From Eledone cirrhosa (lineage: Eukaryota), in contig OZ024744.1 in assembly GCA_964016885.1 (NCBI GenBank), positions 82,088,001-82,152,000 on the forward strand: DNA of 64,000 bases. The letters run 5' to 3'. The translations under genes and the position numbers were made by a program. The notes below the pieces were generated by a model. That model saw only the letters and a list, made by a program, of their open reading frames with translations, had not been told where the DNA came from and made no database searches. Of this stretch, positions 11,027 to 23,861 are shown one piece after another. Every line of letters starts with the position of its first letter. Position 1 is the stretch's first letter.

Positions 11027-14000
11027 TGTTTGTGTGTTGTTCGTGTGTTGTTTGTGTGTTGTTTGTGTGTTGTTTGTGTGATGTTCGCGTGATGTTCGTG
11101 TGTTGTTCGTGTGTTGTTTGTGTGTTGTTCGTGTGTTGCTCGTGTGTTGTTTGTGTGCTGTTCGTGTGTTGTTTGTGTGTTGTTTGTGTGATGTTCGCGT
11201 GATGTTCGCGTGATGTTCGTGTGTTGTTTGTGTTGTTTGTGTTGTTTGTGTGTTGTTTGTGTGTTGTTTGTGTGTTGTTCGTGTGTTATTTGTGTGCTGT
11301 TCGTGTGTTGTTTGTGTGTTGTTTGTGTGTTGTTCGTGTGTGGTTTGTGTTGTCTGTGAGTTGTTCGTGTGTTGTTCGTGTGTTGTTTGTGTGCTGTTCG
11401 TGTGTTGTTTGTGTGTTGTTTGTATGTTATTCGTGTGTTGTTCGTGTTATGTTTGTTTGTTGTTTGTGTGTTGTTTGTGTGTTGTTTGTGTGATGTTCGT
11501 GTGTTGTTCGTGTGTTGTTCGTGTGTTGTTTGTGTGTTGTTTGTGTGTTGTTTGTGTGTTGTTTCTGTGTTGTTCGTGTGTTTTTTGTGTGCTGTTCGTG
11601 TGTTGTTTGTGTGTTGTTTGTGTGTTGTTCGTGTGTTGTTCGTGTTATGTTTGTGTGTTGTTCGTGTGTGGTTTGTGTATGTTTGTGAGTTGTTCGTGTG
11701 TTGCTCGTGTGTTGTTTGTGTGCTGTTCGTGTGTTGTTTGTGTGTTGTTTGTGTGTTATTCGTGTGTTGTTCGTGTTATGTTTGTGTGTTGTTCGTGTGT
11801 GGTTTGTGTGTTGTTTGTGAGTTGTTCCTGTGTTGTTCGTGTGTTGCTTGTGTGCTGTTCGTCTGTTGTTTGTGTGTTGTTTGCGTGTTTTTCGTGTGTT
11901 GTTTGTGTGTTGTTTGTGTGTTGTTTGTGTGTTGTTTGTGTGTTGTTCGTGTGTTATTTGTCTGCTGTTCGTGTGTTGTTGGTGTGTTGTTTGTGTGTTG
12001 TTTGTGAGCTGTTCGTGTTATCTTTGTGTGTTGTTCGTGTGTTGTCTGTGTGTTGTTTGTGAGTTTTTCGTGTGTTGTTCGTGTGTTGTTTATGTGTTGT
12101 TCGTGTGTTGTTCGTGTGTTGTTTGTGTATTGTTCGTATGTTGCTCGTGTGCTGTTCGTGTGTTGTTCGTGTTGTTTGTGTGTTGTTTTTGTGTTGTTTA
12201 TGTGTTGTTCGTGTGTTGTTTGTGCGTTGTTTGTGCGTTGTTTGTGTGTTGTTCGTGTGTTCGTGTGTTGTTCGTGTGTTGTTTGTGAGCTGTTCGTATG
12301 TTGTTTGTGTGTTGTTTGTTTGTTGTCTGTGTCATGTTCGTGTGTTGTTTATGTGTTGTTCGTGTGTTGTTCGTGTTATGTTTGTGTGTTGTTCGTGTGT
12401 TGTTTGTGTGTTATTTGTGAGTTGTTCGTGTGCTGTTCGTGTGTCGTTTGTGTGTTGTTCGTGTGTTGTTTGTGAGTTGTTCGTGTGTTGTTTGTGTGCT
12501 GTTCGTGTGTTGTTTGTGTGTTGTTTGTGTGTTGTTCGTGTGTTGTTCGTGTTATGTTTGTGTGTTGTTCGTGTGTTGTTTGTGTGTTGTTTGTGAGTTG
12601 TTCGTTTGTTGTTCGTGTGTTGTTTGTGTGTTGTTCGTGTGTTGTTTGTGTGTTGTATGTATGTTGTTCGTGTCTTGTTCGTGTGTTGTTCGTGTGTTGT
12701 TTGTGAGCTGTTCGTATGTTGTTTGTGTGTTGTTTGTTTGTTGTCTGTGTCATGTTCGTGTGTTGTTTATGTGTTGTTCGTGTGTTGTTCGTGTTATGTT
12801 TGTGTGTTGTTCGTGTGTTGTTTGTGTGTTATTTGTGAGTTGTTCGTGTGCTGTTCGTGTGTCGTTTGTGTGTTGTTCGTGTGTTGTTTGTGAGTTGTTC
12901 GTGTGTTGTTTGTGTGCTGTTCGTGTGTTGTTTGTGTGTTGTTTGTGCGTTGTTCGTGTGTTGTTCGTGTTATGTTTGTGTGTTGTTCGTGTGTTGTTTG
13001 TGTGTTGTTCGTTTGTTGTTCGTGTGTTGTTTGTGTGTTGTTCGTGTGTTGTTTGTGTGTTGTATGTATGTTGTTCGTGTCTTGTTCGTGTGCTGTTCGT
13101 GTGTTGTTCGTGTGTTGTTTGTGTGTTGTTTTTTTTGTTTATGTGTTGTTCGTGTGTTGTTTGCGTGTTGTTTGTGTGTTGTTTGTGTTGTTCGTGTGTT
13201 TGTGTGTTGGTCGTGTAGTGTTCGTGTGCTGTTCGTCTGTTTGTGTGCTGTTCGTGTGTTGTTTGTGTGTTGTTCGTGTGTTGTTTGTGTGATGTTCGTG
13301 TTTTGTTTATGTGTTGTTCGTGTGTTGTTGGTGTGTTGTTGGTGTGTTGTTTGTGTGTTGTTCGTGTGTTGTTCGTGTTATGTTTGTGGGTTGTTCGTGT
13401 GTTGTTTGTATGTTGTTTGTGAGTTGTTCGTGTGTTGTTCGTGTTATGTTTGTGTGTTGTTCGTGTGTTGTTTGTGTGTTGTTCGTGTGTTGTTTGTATG
13501 TTGTTTGTGAGTTGTTCGTGTGTTGTTCGTGTGTTGCTTGTGTGTTGTTCGTGTGTTGTTTGTATGTTGTTTGTGAGTTGTTCGTGTGTTGTTCGTGTGT
13601 TGCTTGTGTGTTGTTCGTGTGTTGTTCGTGTGTTGTTCGTGTTATGTTTGTGTGTTGTTCGTGTGTTGTTTGTGTGTTGTTTGTGAGTTGTTCGTGTGTT
13701 GTTTGTGTGCTGTTCGTGTGTTGTTTGTGTGTTGTTTTTGTGATGTTTATGTGTTGTTCGTGTGTTGTTTGTTTGTTGTTTGTGTGTTGTTTGTGTGGTC
13801 TTTGTGTGTTGTTCGTGTGTTCGTGTGTTGTTCGTGTTTTGTTTGTGTGTTGTTCGTGTGTTGTTTGTGTGTTGTTTGTGAGTTGTTCGTGTGTTGTTCC
13901 TGTGTTGTTTGTGTGTTGTTTGTGTCTTGTTCGTGTGTTGTTCGTGTGTTGTTCGTGTGTTGTTTGTGTGTTGTTTGTGTGTTGATTGTGTGATGTTCGT

Positions 14001-14850
14001 GTGTTGTTTGTGTGTTGTTTGTGTGTTGTTCGTGTGTTATTTGTCTGCTGTTCGTGTGTTGTTGGTGTGTTGTTTGTGTGTTGTTTGTGAGCTGTTCGTG
14101 TTATCTTTGTGTGTTGTTCGTGTGTTGTCTGTGTGTTGTATGTGAGTTTTTCGTGTGTTGTTCGTGTGTTGTTAATGCGTTGTTTGTGTATTGTACGTGT
14201 GTTGTTCGTATGTTGTTCGTATGTTGCTCGTGTGCTGTTCGTGTGTTGTTTGTTTGTTGTTTGTGTGTTGTTTGTGTGGTGTTTGTGTGTTGTTCGTGTG
14301 TTCGTGTGTTGTTCGTGTTTTGTTTGTGTGTTGTTCGTGTGTTGTTTATGTGTTGTTTGTGAGTTATTCGTGTGTTGTTCCTGTGTTGTTTGTGTGTTGT
14401 TTGTGTCTTGTTTGTGTCTTGTGCGTGTGTTGTTCGTGTGTTGTTCGTGTGTTGTTTGTGTGTTGTTTGTGTGTTGATTGTGTGATGTTTATGTGTTGTT
14501 TGTGTGTTGTTTGTGTGTTGTTTGTGTGTTGTTTGTGTGTTGTTCGTGTGTTATTTGTCTGCTGTTCGTGTGTTGTTGGTGTGTTGTTTGTGTGTTGTTT
14601 GTGAGCTGTTCGTGTTATCTTTGTGTGTTGTTCGTGTGTTGTCTGTGTGTTGTATGTGAGTTTTTCGTGTGTTGTTCGTGTGTTGTTTATGCGTTGTTTG
14701 TGTATTGTACGTGTGTTGTTCGTGTGTTGTTCGTATGTTGCTCGTGTGCTGTTCGTGTGTTGTTCGTGTTGTTTGTGTGTTGTTTTTGTGTTGTTTATGT
14801 GTTGTTCGTGTGTTGTTTGTGTGTTGTTTGTGTGTTGTTCCTGTGTTTTT
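11027..14850. repeat. 11-bp tandem satellite (GTGTGTTGTTY)n, about 3.8 kb, with higher-order duplications
   Basis: Unit gtgtgttgtt(c/t). The variant block at 12287 recurs at 12705 (418 bp = 38 units). Confidence 0.95.
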
Positions 14851-14851
14851 C

Positions 14852-15352
14852 TATCATTATGTATCTGAGTTCAAATTCCGCCGAGGTTGACTTTGCCTTT
14901 CATCCTTACGGCGTCGATCAAATAAAGTACACTGAGTAATTGCTGGCCTTGTGCCTAAAGTAGAAACAATTATTTATATTTGATTGGCAGTACCGGTAGA
15001 GGGTCGGATGCTATGCTTTGACGCATGGAGTGACAGCCCTTGCCATTCTGAGTTGAAATCCCGCCGAGGTTAACTTTGCCTTTCATCCCTACGGGGTGGA
15101 TAAAATAAAGTACCAGTAATGCAATGGGTAATTGCTGGCCTTGTGCCAAAAGTAGAAACAATTATGTATATTGGATTGGCAGTAGAGGGTCGGGCGCCAT
15201 GCTTTGAAGCATAGAGTTACTTCCCTTTATGATCTGAGTTCAAATCCCGCCGAGGTTAACTTTGCCTTTCATCCTTACGGGGTCGATAAAATAAAGTACC
15301 AGTAATGCACTGGGTTAATTGCTGGCCTTGTGCCAAATGTAGAAACAATTAT
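14852..15352 (+). mobile_element. Three tandem copies (first one partial) of a tRNA-derived SINE
   Basis: A-box-like TGGCAGTA.CGGTAG, B-box GAGTTCAAATCCC, central GTTAACTTTGCCTTTCATCCTTACGGGGTCGATAAAATAAAGTACC (Meta-domain-like), tail gtagaaacaatt(att)n. Confidence 0.9.
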
Positions 15353-16077
15353 GCATATTGCAGTGCCAGAAGTGTGTGTTTTAAGAAAAGGCTCGTATAT
15401 TCATTGTACTTATTGATAAAACCTCATTTAATACTTATTTATAATACATATATATATATTATTTTCTCCTAGATTTAATAATTAACTAATTATTTTAATT
15501 AGACAATTCTGTTGATTGGTTAATTATTTGTTTGTTTAATAACATCTGGTTGAGAGCTTTTATTCAGAATGTTTGAGCGGAAATTATAATATTTCCCTTG
15601 TTAACACTTTGAATTTACCCGCCAAAAATCGGGGGTTGCTTCCCTTGCTGGAAATAACACGTGACAACAAAGTGTTTGAAGGCTGCCTTCTGTAGCGGTC
15701 GCATGTAGCTTGTTCACACCAGTTTGAGCTAGATCGGAATCCCTGTTAATGAAATGAATCCTCTGTTCGATCATGGAATACCACAAACTTGCGTGTTACG
15801 TAAGTTGGATAGATGATTTCGGATTTCCTAGAAACACCTCAGACGTACATCCTTTGATTTGTCCAGGTCTGTTTTTTTAACCTGTTAGTTCTTTCGTTAC
15901 TTTAGTATTGTATGGTTGGGTTTTGCCTACCGCAATGTTCAATTTGATTTGTCAAACTATTTAAACGTAATGTTATTATTCTAAGGACCTACCCTTATTG
16001 AGTGCTTTGCTAACTCTTTCCTACTGTAGGTCGACTTTGCTTGGCCACAGCCAAAGCTTTGATTTTACTAAGCTCCA

Positions 16078-16167
<90 letters not shown>

Positions 16168-16191
16168 CATACATACATATATATATATATT

Positions 16192-16300
<109 letters not shown>

Positions 16301-16568
16301 TGTATGTATGTATGTATGTATGTATGTATGTATATATATATATGTATATATATATATGAATATATATATGTATATATATATATCTGTATATATATATATA
16401 TACATATATATGTATATATATATATATAAAATTAATTTAATGTATAATAAACAATACATTAAATATTTAGCTCTGTAACTTACATAGAGCACTCTTCATT
16501 CCTCTGACTTTTTCAATTTTCAACGGAAACTTCAATACCTATATATATATATATATGTGTATATATAT

Positions 16569-16668
<100 letters not shown>

Positions 16669-16736
16669 TATATCCATGCCCTCTTAAACATGCACCCACA
16701 CATGCGCACACACACATACACGCACACATATATTTA

Positions 16737-16821
<85 letters not shown>

Positions 16822-16962
16822 CTACACGGGTGTGTATATATATATATTAATAAAAGGAATTCCAACTTTGTCTGATTTGTCCGTTTTATTTACAATCCTT
16901 TGAAATTCATAATGGTATTAGAATGAAATAGTATGGTAGAATATTAAATGTTAAGTGTTAAT

Positions 16963-17001
16963 TGAACAAGTACTTTCATGCTTTCGCAATCTTCAGGTTC
17001 A
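16963..17001 (-). ncRNA. Minimal type I hammerhead ribozyme
   Basis: Minus strand: tgaac CTGAAGA ttgc gaaa gcat GAAA gtac TT gttca; palindromic stem III AGTACT. Confidence 0.8.
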
Positions 17002-17062
17002 TATTCTGTGGTGACAATCTAGTTTGCAATTTTCACAGTTGAAAATTGCAAACCACAGAATA

Positions 17063-17101
17063 TGAACCTGAAGATTGCGAAAGCATGAAAGTACTTGTTC
17101 A
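17063..17101 (+). ncRNA. Minimal type I hammerhead ribozyme
   Basis: tgaac CTGAAGA ttgc gaaa gcat GAAA gtac TT gttca. Confidence 0.8.
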
Positions 17102-17229
17102 ATTAACACTTAACATTTAATATTCTACCATACTATTTCATTCTAATACCATTATGAATTTCAAAGGATTGTAAATAAAACGGACAAAGTAAATAAAATG
17201 GATAAATCAGACAAAGTTGGAATTCCTTT

Positions 17230-17277
<48 letters not shown>

Positions 17278-17360
17278 ATAATAAGTTTCCACGAACCAAA
17301 GTATCGTCTTCCTGTCTTCCCCCGGTTGCAACGATTTTTGAAACATTCACTTCTGCGTTT

Positions 17361-17436
17361 ACAGATTGACTTTGTTAGTTTCAGAAGATCCCGTTAAGGG
17401 TGAAAGCAGCGATTCTTTGCTTAAACTTTAATCTGT
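17361..17436 (+). ncRNA. Type I hammerhead-like motif with variant core CAGAAGA
   Basis: acagattga..agttt CAGAAGA t ccc gttaa ggg t GAAA gca gcgattctt tgc TT aaact ttaatctgt. Second copy at 29553-29628. Confidence 0.65.
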
Positions 17437-17463
17437 TATTTTAATAAATATATATATATATAT

Positions 17464-17535
<72 letters not shown>

Positions 17536-17549
17536 CATATATATATATA

Positions 17550-17620
<71 letters not shown>

Positions 17621-17624
<4 letters not shown>

Positions 17625-19789
17625 AGGATGAATATAAAATGAAAGTGCTTTTGTTAAAAAAGGAATTTATTAGGTATTGACATATGTTTCTGTAACAGAC
17701 CGAATACCTATGTATCGCTGCTTGCGTAATCATATAATGTTAGCAAGTATTCGATAGCAAATGTATAATCAGTTGTCACTTCTTCAGAGATTTTGGATAA
17801 ACTGGATAAAATCAGAAAAATTGAAGTATTTATATTAGTAAAAGAGGAAGGAACAGAGGGGATAGAATATGACAGATGGTAAAATAATTTACTGCTAAAC
17901 AAGTATATAATGGGTTTTTAATGAGAATACCATGAGTAAATCTAAATAAGAATTTTGGGGGTGCCGATTTTAATCTCTACTTGACCAACTGGACAGTGGA
18001 CAGGGCTGGTCATTTGGTGCAGTAGTATTAATCATAAAGTGTCAATTGGGGAAGGGGGAGATTTCGATTGCTACTAAATAACATCAATGCTAGTGGTCAG
18101 CTGGTATTTGCTCTAGGGAATTGAATCAAAAAATCAGAAATCTCATTTTATCTATAGCAGTTTGTATTAAAAGGTAAATAATAGAAGAGTTGATAGAATT
18201 AAGACTAATAAAGACTAATAAAGAATGTTCATATCTATTTTGACAATCAAACGGGGATAGAGACAGGCGTTCAATCCTGGTAGTATTTATAATATGAAAA
18301 TGTAGATTTTAAGCGATGGTTACAGTATAACGATCGCTCTATTCTGTTATTTAATAAAATGTTTTTGGATTTCATAATACAAAATAATTCTACATTACAT
18401 AATCTACAAAATTCCTGTCCATTGGAATATGGGGGGGCAGTCGCTATTATATCCCATTTTAGGTGAAATTGTTGGTTATTTTCACGCAGCTGCCAAGCCT
18501 TGTCTGCGAGTGTTGTTACATAACGCTGGTTTTCATGTTTTATCGAATAACGATGTCTATAAAGGCGTGATTTAAAGGAGGTGGCTGTAGATCCCACATA
18601 GTACCACTTCTGTCTATCCGATTCGATAGTACATTTGTATACGATGTACTATCGAATCGGATAGACAGAAGTGGTACTATGTGGGATCTACAGAAGTGGT
18701 ACTATGTGGGATCTACAGCCACCTCCTTTAAATCACGCCTTTATAGACATCGTTATTCGATAAAACATGAAAACCAGCGTTATGTAACAACACTCGCAGA
18801 CAAGGCTTGGCAGCTGCGTGAAAATAACCAACAATTTCACCTAAAATGGGATATAATAGCGACTGCCCCCCCATATTCCAATGGACAGGAATTTTGTAGA
18901 TTATGTAATGTAGAATTATTTTGTATTATGAAATCCAAAAACATTTTATTAAATAACAGAATAGAGCGATCGTTATACTGTAACCATCGCTTAAAATCTA
19001 CATTTTCATATTATAAATACTACCAGGATTGAACGCCTGTCTCTATCCCCGTTTGATTGTCAAAATAGATATGAACATTCTTTATTAGTCTTTATTAGTC
19101 TTAATTCTATCAACTCTTCTATTATTTACCTTTTAATACAAACTGCTATAGATAAAATGAGATTTCTGATTTTTTGATTCAATTCCCTAGAGCAAATACC
19201 AGCTGACCACTAGCATTGATGTTATTTAGTAGCAATCGAAATCTCCCCCTTCCCCAATTGACACTTTATGATTAATACTACTGCACCAAATGACCAGCCC
19301 TGTCCACTGTCCAGTTGGTCAAGTAGAGATTAAAATCGGCACCCCCAAAATTCTTATTTAGATTTACTCATGGTATTCTCATTAAAAACCCATTATATAC
19401 TTGTTTAGCAGTAAATTATTTTACCATCTGTCATATTCTATCCCCTCTGTTCCTTCCTCTTTTACTAATATAAATACTTCAATTTTTCTGATTTTATCCA
19501 GTTTATCCAAAATCTCTGAAGAAGTGACAACTGATTATACATTTGCTATCGAATACTTGCTAACATTATATGATTACGCAAGCAGCGATACATAGGTATT
19601 CGGTCTGTTACAGAAACATATGTCAATACCTAATAAATTCCTTTTTTAACAAAAGCACTTTCATTTTATATTCATCCTTTCTACATTTCTCCGGAATATA
19701 ATTTATACTCGTTGAGCAAACCTGCACGTACGCTGTTCATCTCTAACGTAACGATATATTATCACTACATTATTGATAACCTGAAATTT

Positions 19790-19790
<1 letters not shown>
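17621..19790. mobile_element. PLE 3' fragment (GIY-YIG + 3' UTR) present as a ~2-kb inverted duplication
   Basis: Identical ORFs 18271-18597(-) and 18679-19032(+): YYVGSTATSFKSR..CRLCNVE..CNH. Arms 17621-18634 and 18644-19683; flanked by (TA)n. Confidence 0.9.
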
Positions 19791-19824
<34 letters not shown>

Positions 19825-20109
19825 ATGTGTGTGTGCATGTGTGTATATATATATATATAAACATATAATAAATATACGCATGTGTGTATATGTGCGTGCA
19901 TGCATATATATATATATATATATACCACACATGTACACATACACAAGTACGCATGGGTTATATCGAATTTTAATAATAATATTCGATTCGTTTGTAAACA
20001 AACGGCCCGATTAAAGCTGTGCCGTGCCGATGACAAATCGTCATCCGTTTGTTCAACACTGGCTTTGAGGAACAATCAACATTTTGGTCGGATTAAACGG
20101 ATTAAAAAT

Positions 20110-21780
20110 GTATGAAACTCACAGAATTTATAAAGTTACACAAAATATATAGAGGAGTAAACGAAACAGAAATAGTACAGAAAGCTGAAAGATGCACAAA
20201 AACTTACGGAAGAGTGAAAGATACTAAAAAGATACAGAAGCCTGAAAAAATACACGAGAGAATGTGGAAGTTCAAAAGTTACCCAGTGAGCATGAAAGAT
20301 GAAACATACGCAAAAAGTACAGAAGGGTGAAAGATATTCGTAAAATAGAGAAAGCTGCATGATACCCAAACGTTATGCAAGACTGAAAAGTACACAACAT
20401 ATACGGATGTAGGCAAAGTACATAAAAGGTATGGAAGCGAAGAAGATATAAAAATAGGGAGAGATGAAAAATACACAAAATATACCGAAGGGGCAACGTA
20501 CATAAAATGTATGGAAGCGAGGAAGATTAAAAAATAGGGAGATATGAAAAATACACAAAATGTATGAAAGGATATAACACACACAAAATGTATGGAAGGG
20601 TGGAATTAACACAAAGGTATGATAGTGTGGACTATATTAAAAAAAAAAATACAAGAAAGGTGAAAGATATACTAAAATGAGTACAGAATAATGAAATATA
20701 CACATGAGATACAGGTGGGTGAAAAATATTTAAAAGTTTTGGAAGTGCGAAAGATAGACAACAGGTAGAGAAGAGTGAAATATGGACAAAAGCTGGAAGA
20801 TACAAAATGTATGAAAGGGTGAAAGAAATACAATGTCATAGAAACTTGAAATATAATAAACAGCCAGAAGAAGAGCGAAAGATACACAAAAAATACATAA
20901 GGATGAAAGTTACACAAAAACTACGGAGGATTAAATATATACAGAATATACGGCAATGTGAAAGATGTGCAAAAGGTATAGAAAGATGTAGTATACAGAA
21001 AAAGTTATGGAAGGTTGGACGAAAGATAGACAAAAGCTATGGAACATGTATGAAAAGTAGAAAGATACACAAATTTTATAGAAAGGTGAATGAAATACAA
21101 AAGGTATTATGAGAAGTGATTGAGATACAAAATGTACTGAAAGGTGAAAAACACACAAAGTTATAGAGGCAAAAATATATAGAAAACATTTGGAAGCGAA
21201 AAATAAAACAAAAAGTATAGAAGAATATGGAAGTGTAATAAAAAAAATACAGAAAGGTGACAGATTTAGGAATGTTATGGAAACATTACAGAAAGATACA
21301 TAAAATGTGCGGACAGGTATAAAGGGGTGAAATATACACAAAAGATAACGAAGGGTAGAAAATACTCAGAAAGTATGTAGAGATGAAAGACACAAAAGGC
21401 TACGGAAGTTTGAAAAATCACAGCTGGTTCTGAAGTTTGAAAATGACACAAAATGTATGGAAATGTGAAAGCAACATAAAAGAGTGGAAGCGGGGAATAT
21501 ACAAAATGACCAAACAACGGTGAAAGGCTGTTAAAAGGTATGGAAGGATGAAAGGTACACAAGAAGTATTGAAGTGTGACCCATAAGCAAAAGGTATGAA
21601 AGGACGAAAAATATGAAACTTATAGGAATCTGAAAGATACATAAAATGTATGGAAGGATGAAAAATTACACAAAGGGTATGGAAGGTTGAAGGGAACACA
21701 TATAGTATCAAAAAGTAAAAAATCACACAAGATGTATGGAGGGTGATACATACTAAAAAATGTACGAAAGTGCATAAAGT
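20110..21780. repeat. Degenerate purine-rich minisatellite (~27-28 bp, gaaagatacacaaaatgtatggaaggt-like)
   Basis: Recurrent gaaa.atacacaaaa.gtatggaag motifs throughout. Confidence 0.7.
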
Positions 21781-22759
21781 TAAACGATGATATGGATGGG
21801 TTTATAGAGAAAATATTATTTCGAGAGAAACTAACCAGATTTAACAGTAACACTGGACACCAAACAGACTAGCTAAATTAAGAAGATACATTTTTAAAAA
21901 CAAAAATTGATCAGAATTTAAAATAGAACACTTAACAAAAAATTACATAATGAAAACACACGTAACGAACATAAAAGAAACGAAATAATGAACAATGAGA
22001 AGGTAATTCATGAAGACAGACCTAACAAGTGTAAAACAAATAAGGTAAACAACAAAAGCGTATCGAAACGAAACACATACAGTATTCAAACTTATATAAA
22101 CTTTACCTAGAATGACGTAACATAAAGATAAAGTAATTTTGATAGCCGAAATCTTGAGCATTACTTTCTAACGATGGAATTAACAGAAGAATTAAAAACA
22201 ATACATCTTCCTTTTCTAATTCTAATTTATCTAATCTGGCCGAGTTTACACTCGCAAATAAGAAGAACCAGGGCCGCCCCTAAGAGCATTGAATTTGGTG
22301 TGCATCATATATGTTTCGGTTGCTGAATACAATCAGGGGTCATTGCTTCTCCTGGAGCGGGAGCGCATTTCCATTGTCAATTTGCATTGACAGACGAAAA
22401 TATCTCCCACGTATAGAACAAAACGATAAAATGACAACAGTAATATAAAGCACAGACATAGCTATCACAGATCTAATAAAAATGGACACGAAGATCAATA
22501 TCACCAGGTTAAATTAAAAAAAAAAATCAAAAAAATCTGCAGTAGCCACCGTAATTAGGAAAGTAGCTGCCCCGCGCAGATCTACTCATATAAGAATATT
22601 ATATCACAAGCAAACATAGGAACAAGTATACAGAGAAAGGTAGAAAATATGGGTCAAAACTTCTCCATTTTTTGTTTTTTCTTCAGAAAATCCATATCGA
22701 AATCACACGCATGAAAAGCTAAAGACAAATATAACATATATATATATATATAAATGTAT

Positions 22760-23495
22760 ATATAGTGTATTTTGCAATACATTGTATGCTTAATTAAAAG
22801 CATTTCGAAGACCTTACGCTATTGTTTTAGAGTAGTGACAGTCTCACTTACTTTAATTTTCAGCAAACAGGGGAGATAAAGCTGACAGAGCCCTGTTTTG
22901 TACTTTTTGGTGCTTATCAAAGCTAACTACTCCACCTGTTTGCTGAAAATCATGAATGTTTGATTCTTATAGAATTCTAGTAATAATCAGGAACTGATTA
23001 TACAGAGCGGTTGCCGGTCAAGCAGAAATTGAAAATTAGAATTGGTGCTCTGAAATAGCGATATATATATGAATGTATATATAGTGTATTTTGCAATAGA
23101 CTGTATACTTAACTTCGAAATGCTTTTAATTAAACATACAGTGTATTGCAAAATACACTATATATACATTCATATATATATCGCTATTTCAGAGCACCAA
23201 TTCTAATTTTCAATTTCTGCTTGACCGGCAACCGCTCTGTATAATCAGTTCCTGATTATTACTAGAATTTTATAAGAATCAAACATTCATGATTTTCAGC
23301 AAACAGTTGAAAATTGCAAACTTGACTGTCACCACATATTATGAACCTGAAGATTGCGAAAACATGAAAGTACTTGTTCAATTAACACTTAGAATTTAAT
23401 ATTCTATCATACTATTTCATTATAATACCATTATAAATTTTAAAGGATTGTAAATAAAACGAGTAAATCAGACAAAGTTGGAATTCCTCTTATTA
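22760..23495. mobile_element. Composite foldback: 2116-family element (inverted + direct) fused to the 16845-family element
   Basis: 22760-23110 is the reverse complement of the 2116 family, with a decayed HHR at 22880-22925. 23115-23303 is the direct copy. 23305-23495 matches 17037-17230, with an HHR at 23342-23380. Confidence 0.8.
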
Positions 23496-23532
23496 ATATA
23501 ATCTTCTATACACAATCATACACACCCGTGTA

Positions 23533-23641
<109 letters not shown>

Positions 23642-23698
23642 CAGTACAGTATATGGAAGGAATATATTAGGCTAACGCTTGAAATAGCAGGAAGAGAG

Positions 23699-23734
23699 TC
23701 TTAACGTTTCGGAGGCTAGTCCTTCATCAAAAGA
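23699..23734 (-). ncRNA. Minimal hammerhead motif (C3 mutated)
   Basis: Minus strand: tctt TTGATGA a gga ctagcc tcc GAAA cg TT aaga. Same family as 52289-52324. Confidence 0.6.
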
Positions 23735-23861
23735 AAGAATGAGAAATAAGATATATTGAAGGGACGGGTGAAGTGGAATTGGAAAAATATGTCTTTAGAT
23801 AAAAATAACTGGTCAATATATATATATATATATATATATTGACCAGATATAAATATAAATA

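Larger units (their letters stand above)
16845..17232. mobile_element. Foldback (inverted-duplicated) non-coding element with an HHR in each arm, in (TA)n
   Basis: 16850-17010 is reverse-complemented at 17053-17232. The same family occurs at 23305-23495. Confidence 0.85.

Noticed and set aside
10951-14939. Many long Cys/Val-rich ORFs
   Set aside because: Translations of the stop-poor 11-bp satellite.
14852-15352. Regularly repeated units as a CRISPR array or tRNA genes
   Set aside because: Eukaryotic SINE copies; there are no unique spacers or cas genes, and the heads do not form a complete cloverleaf.
15795-15850. Hammerhead-like remnant on the minus strand (tacgt ctgagg...gaaa...tt acgta)
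   Set aside because: The core is incomplete and stem III does not pair.
21780-22640. Possible decayed LINE N-terminal coding sequence
   Set aside because: Only vague similarity, with no diagnostic motif readable.
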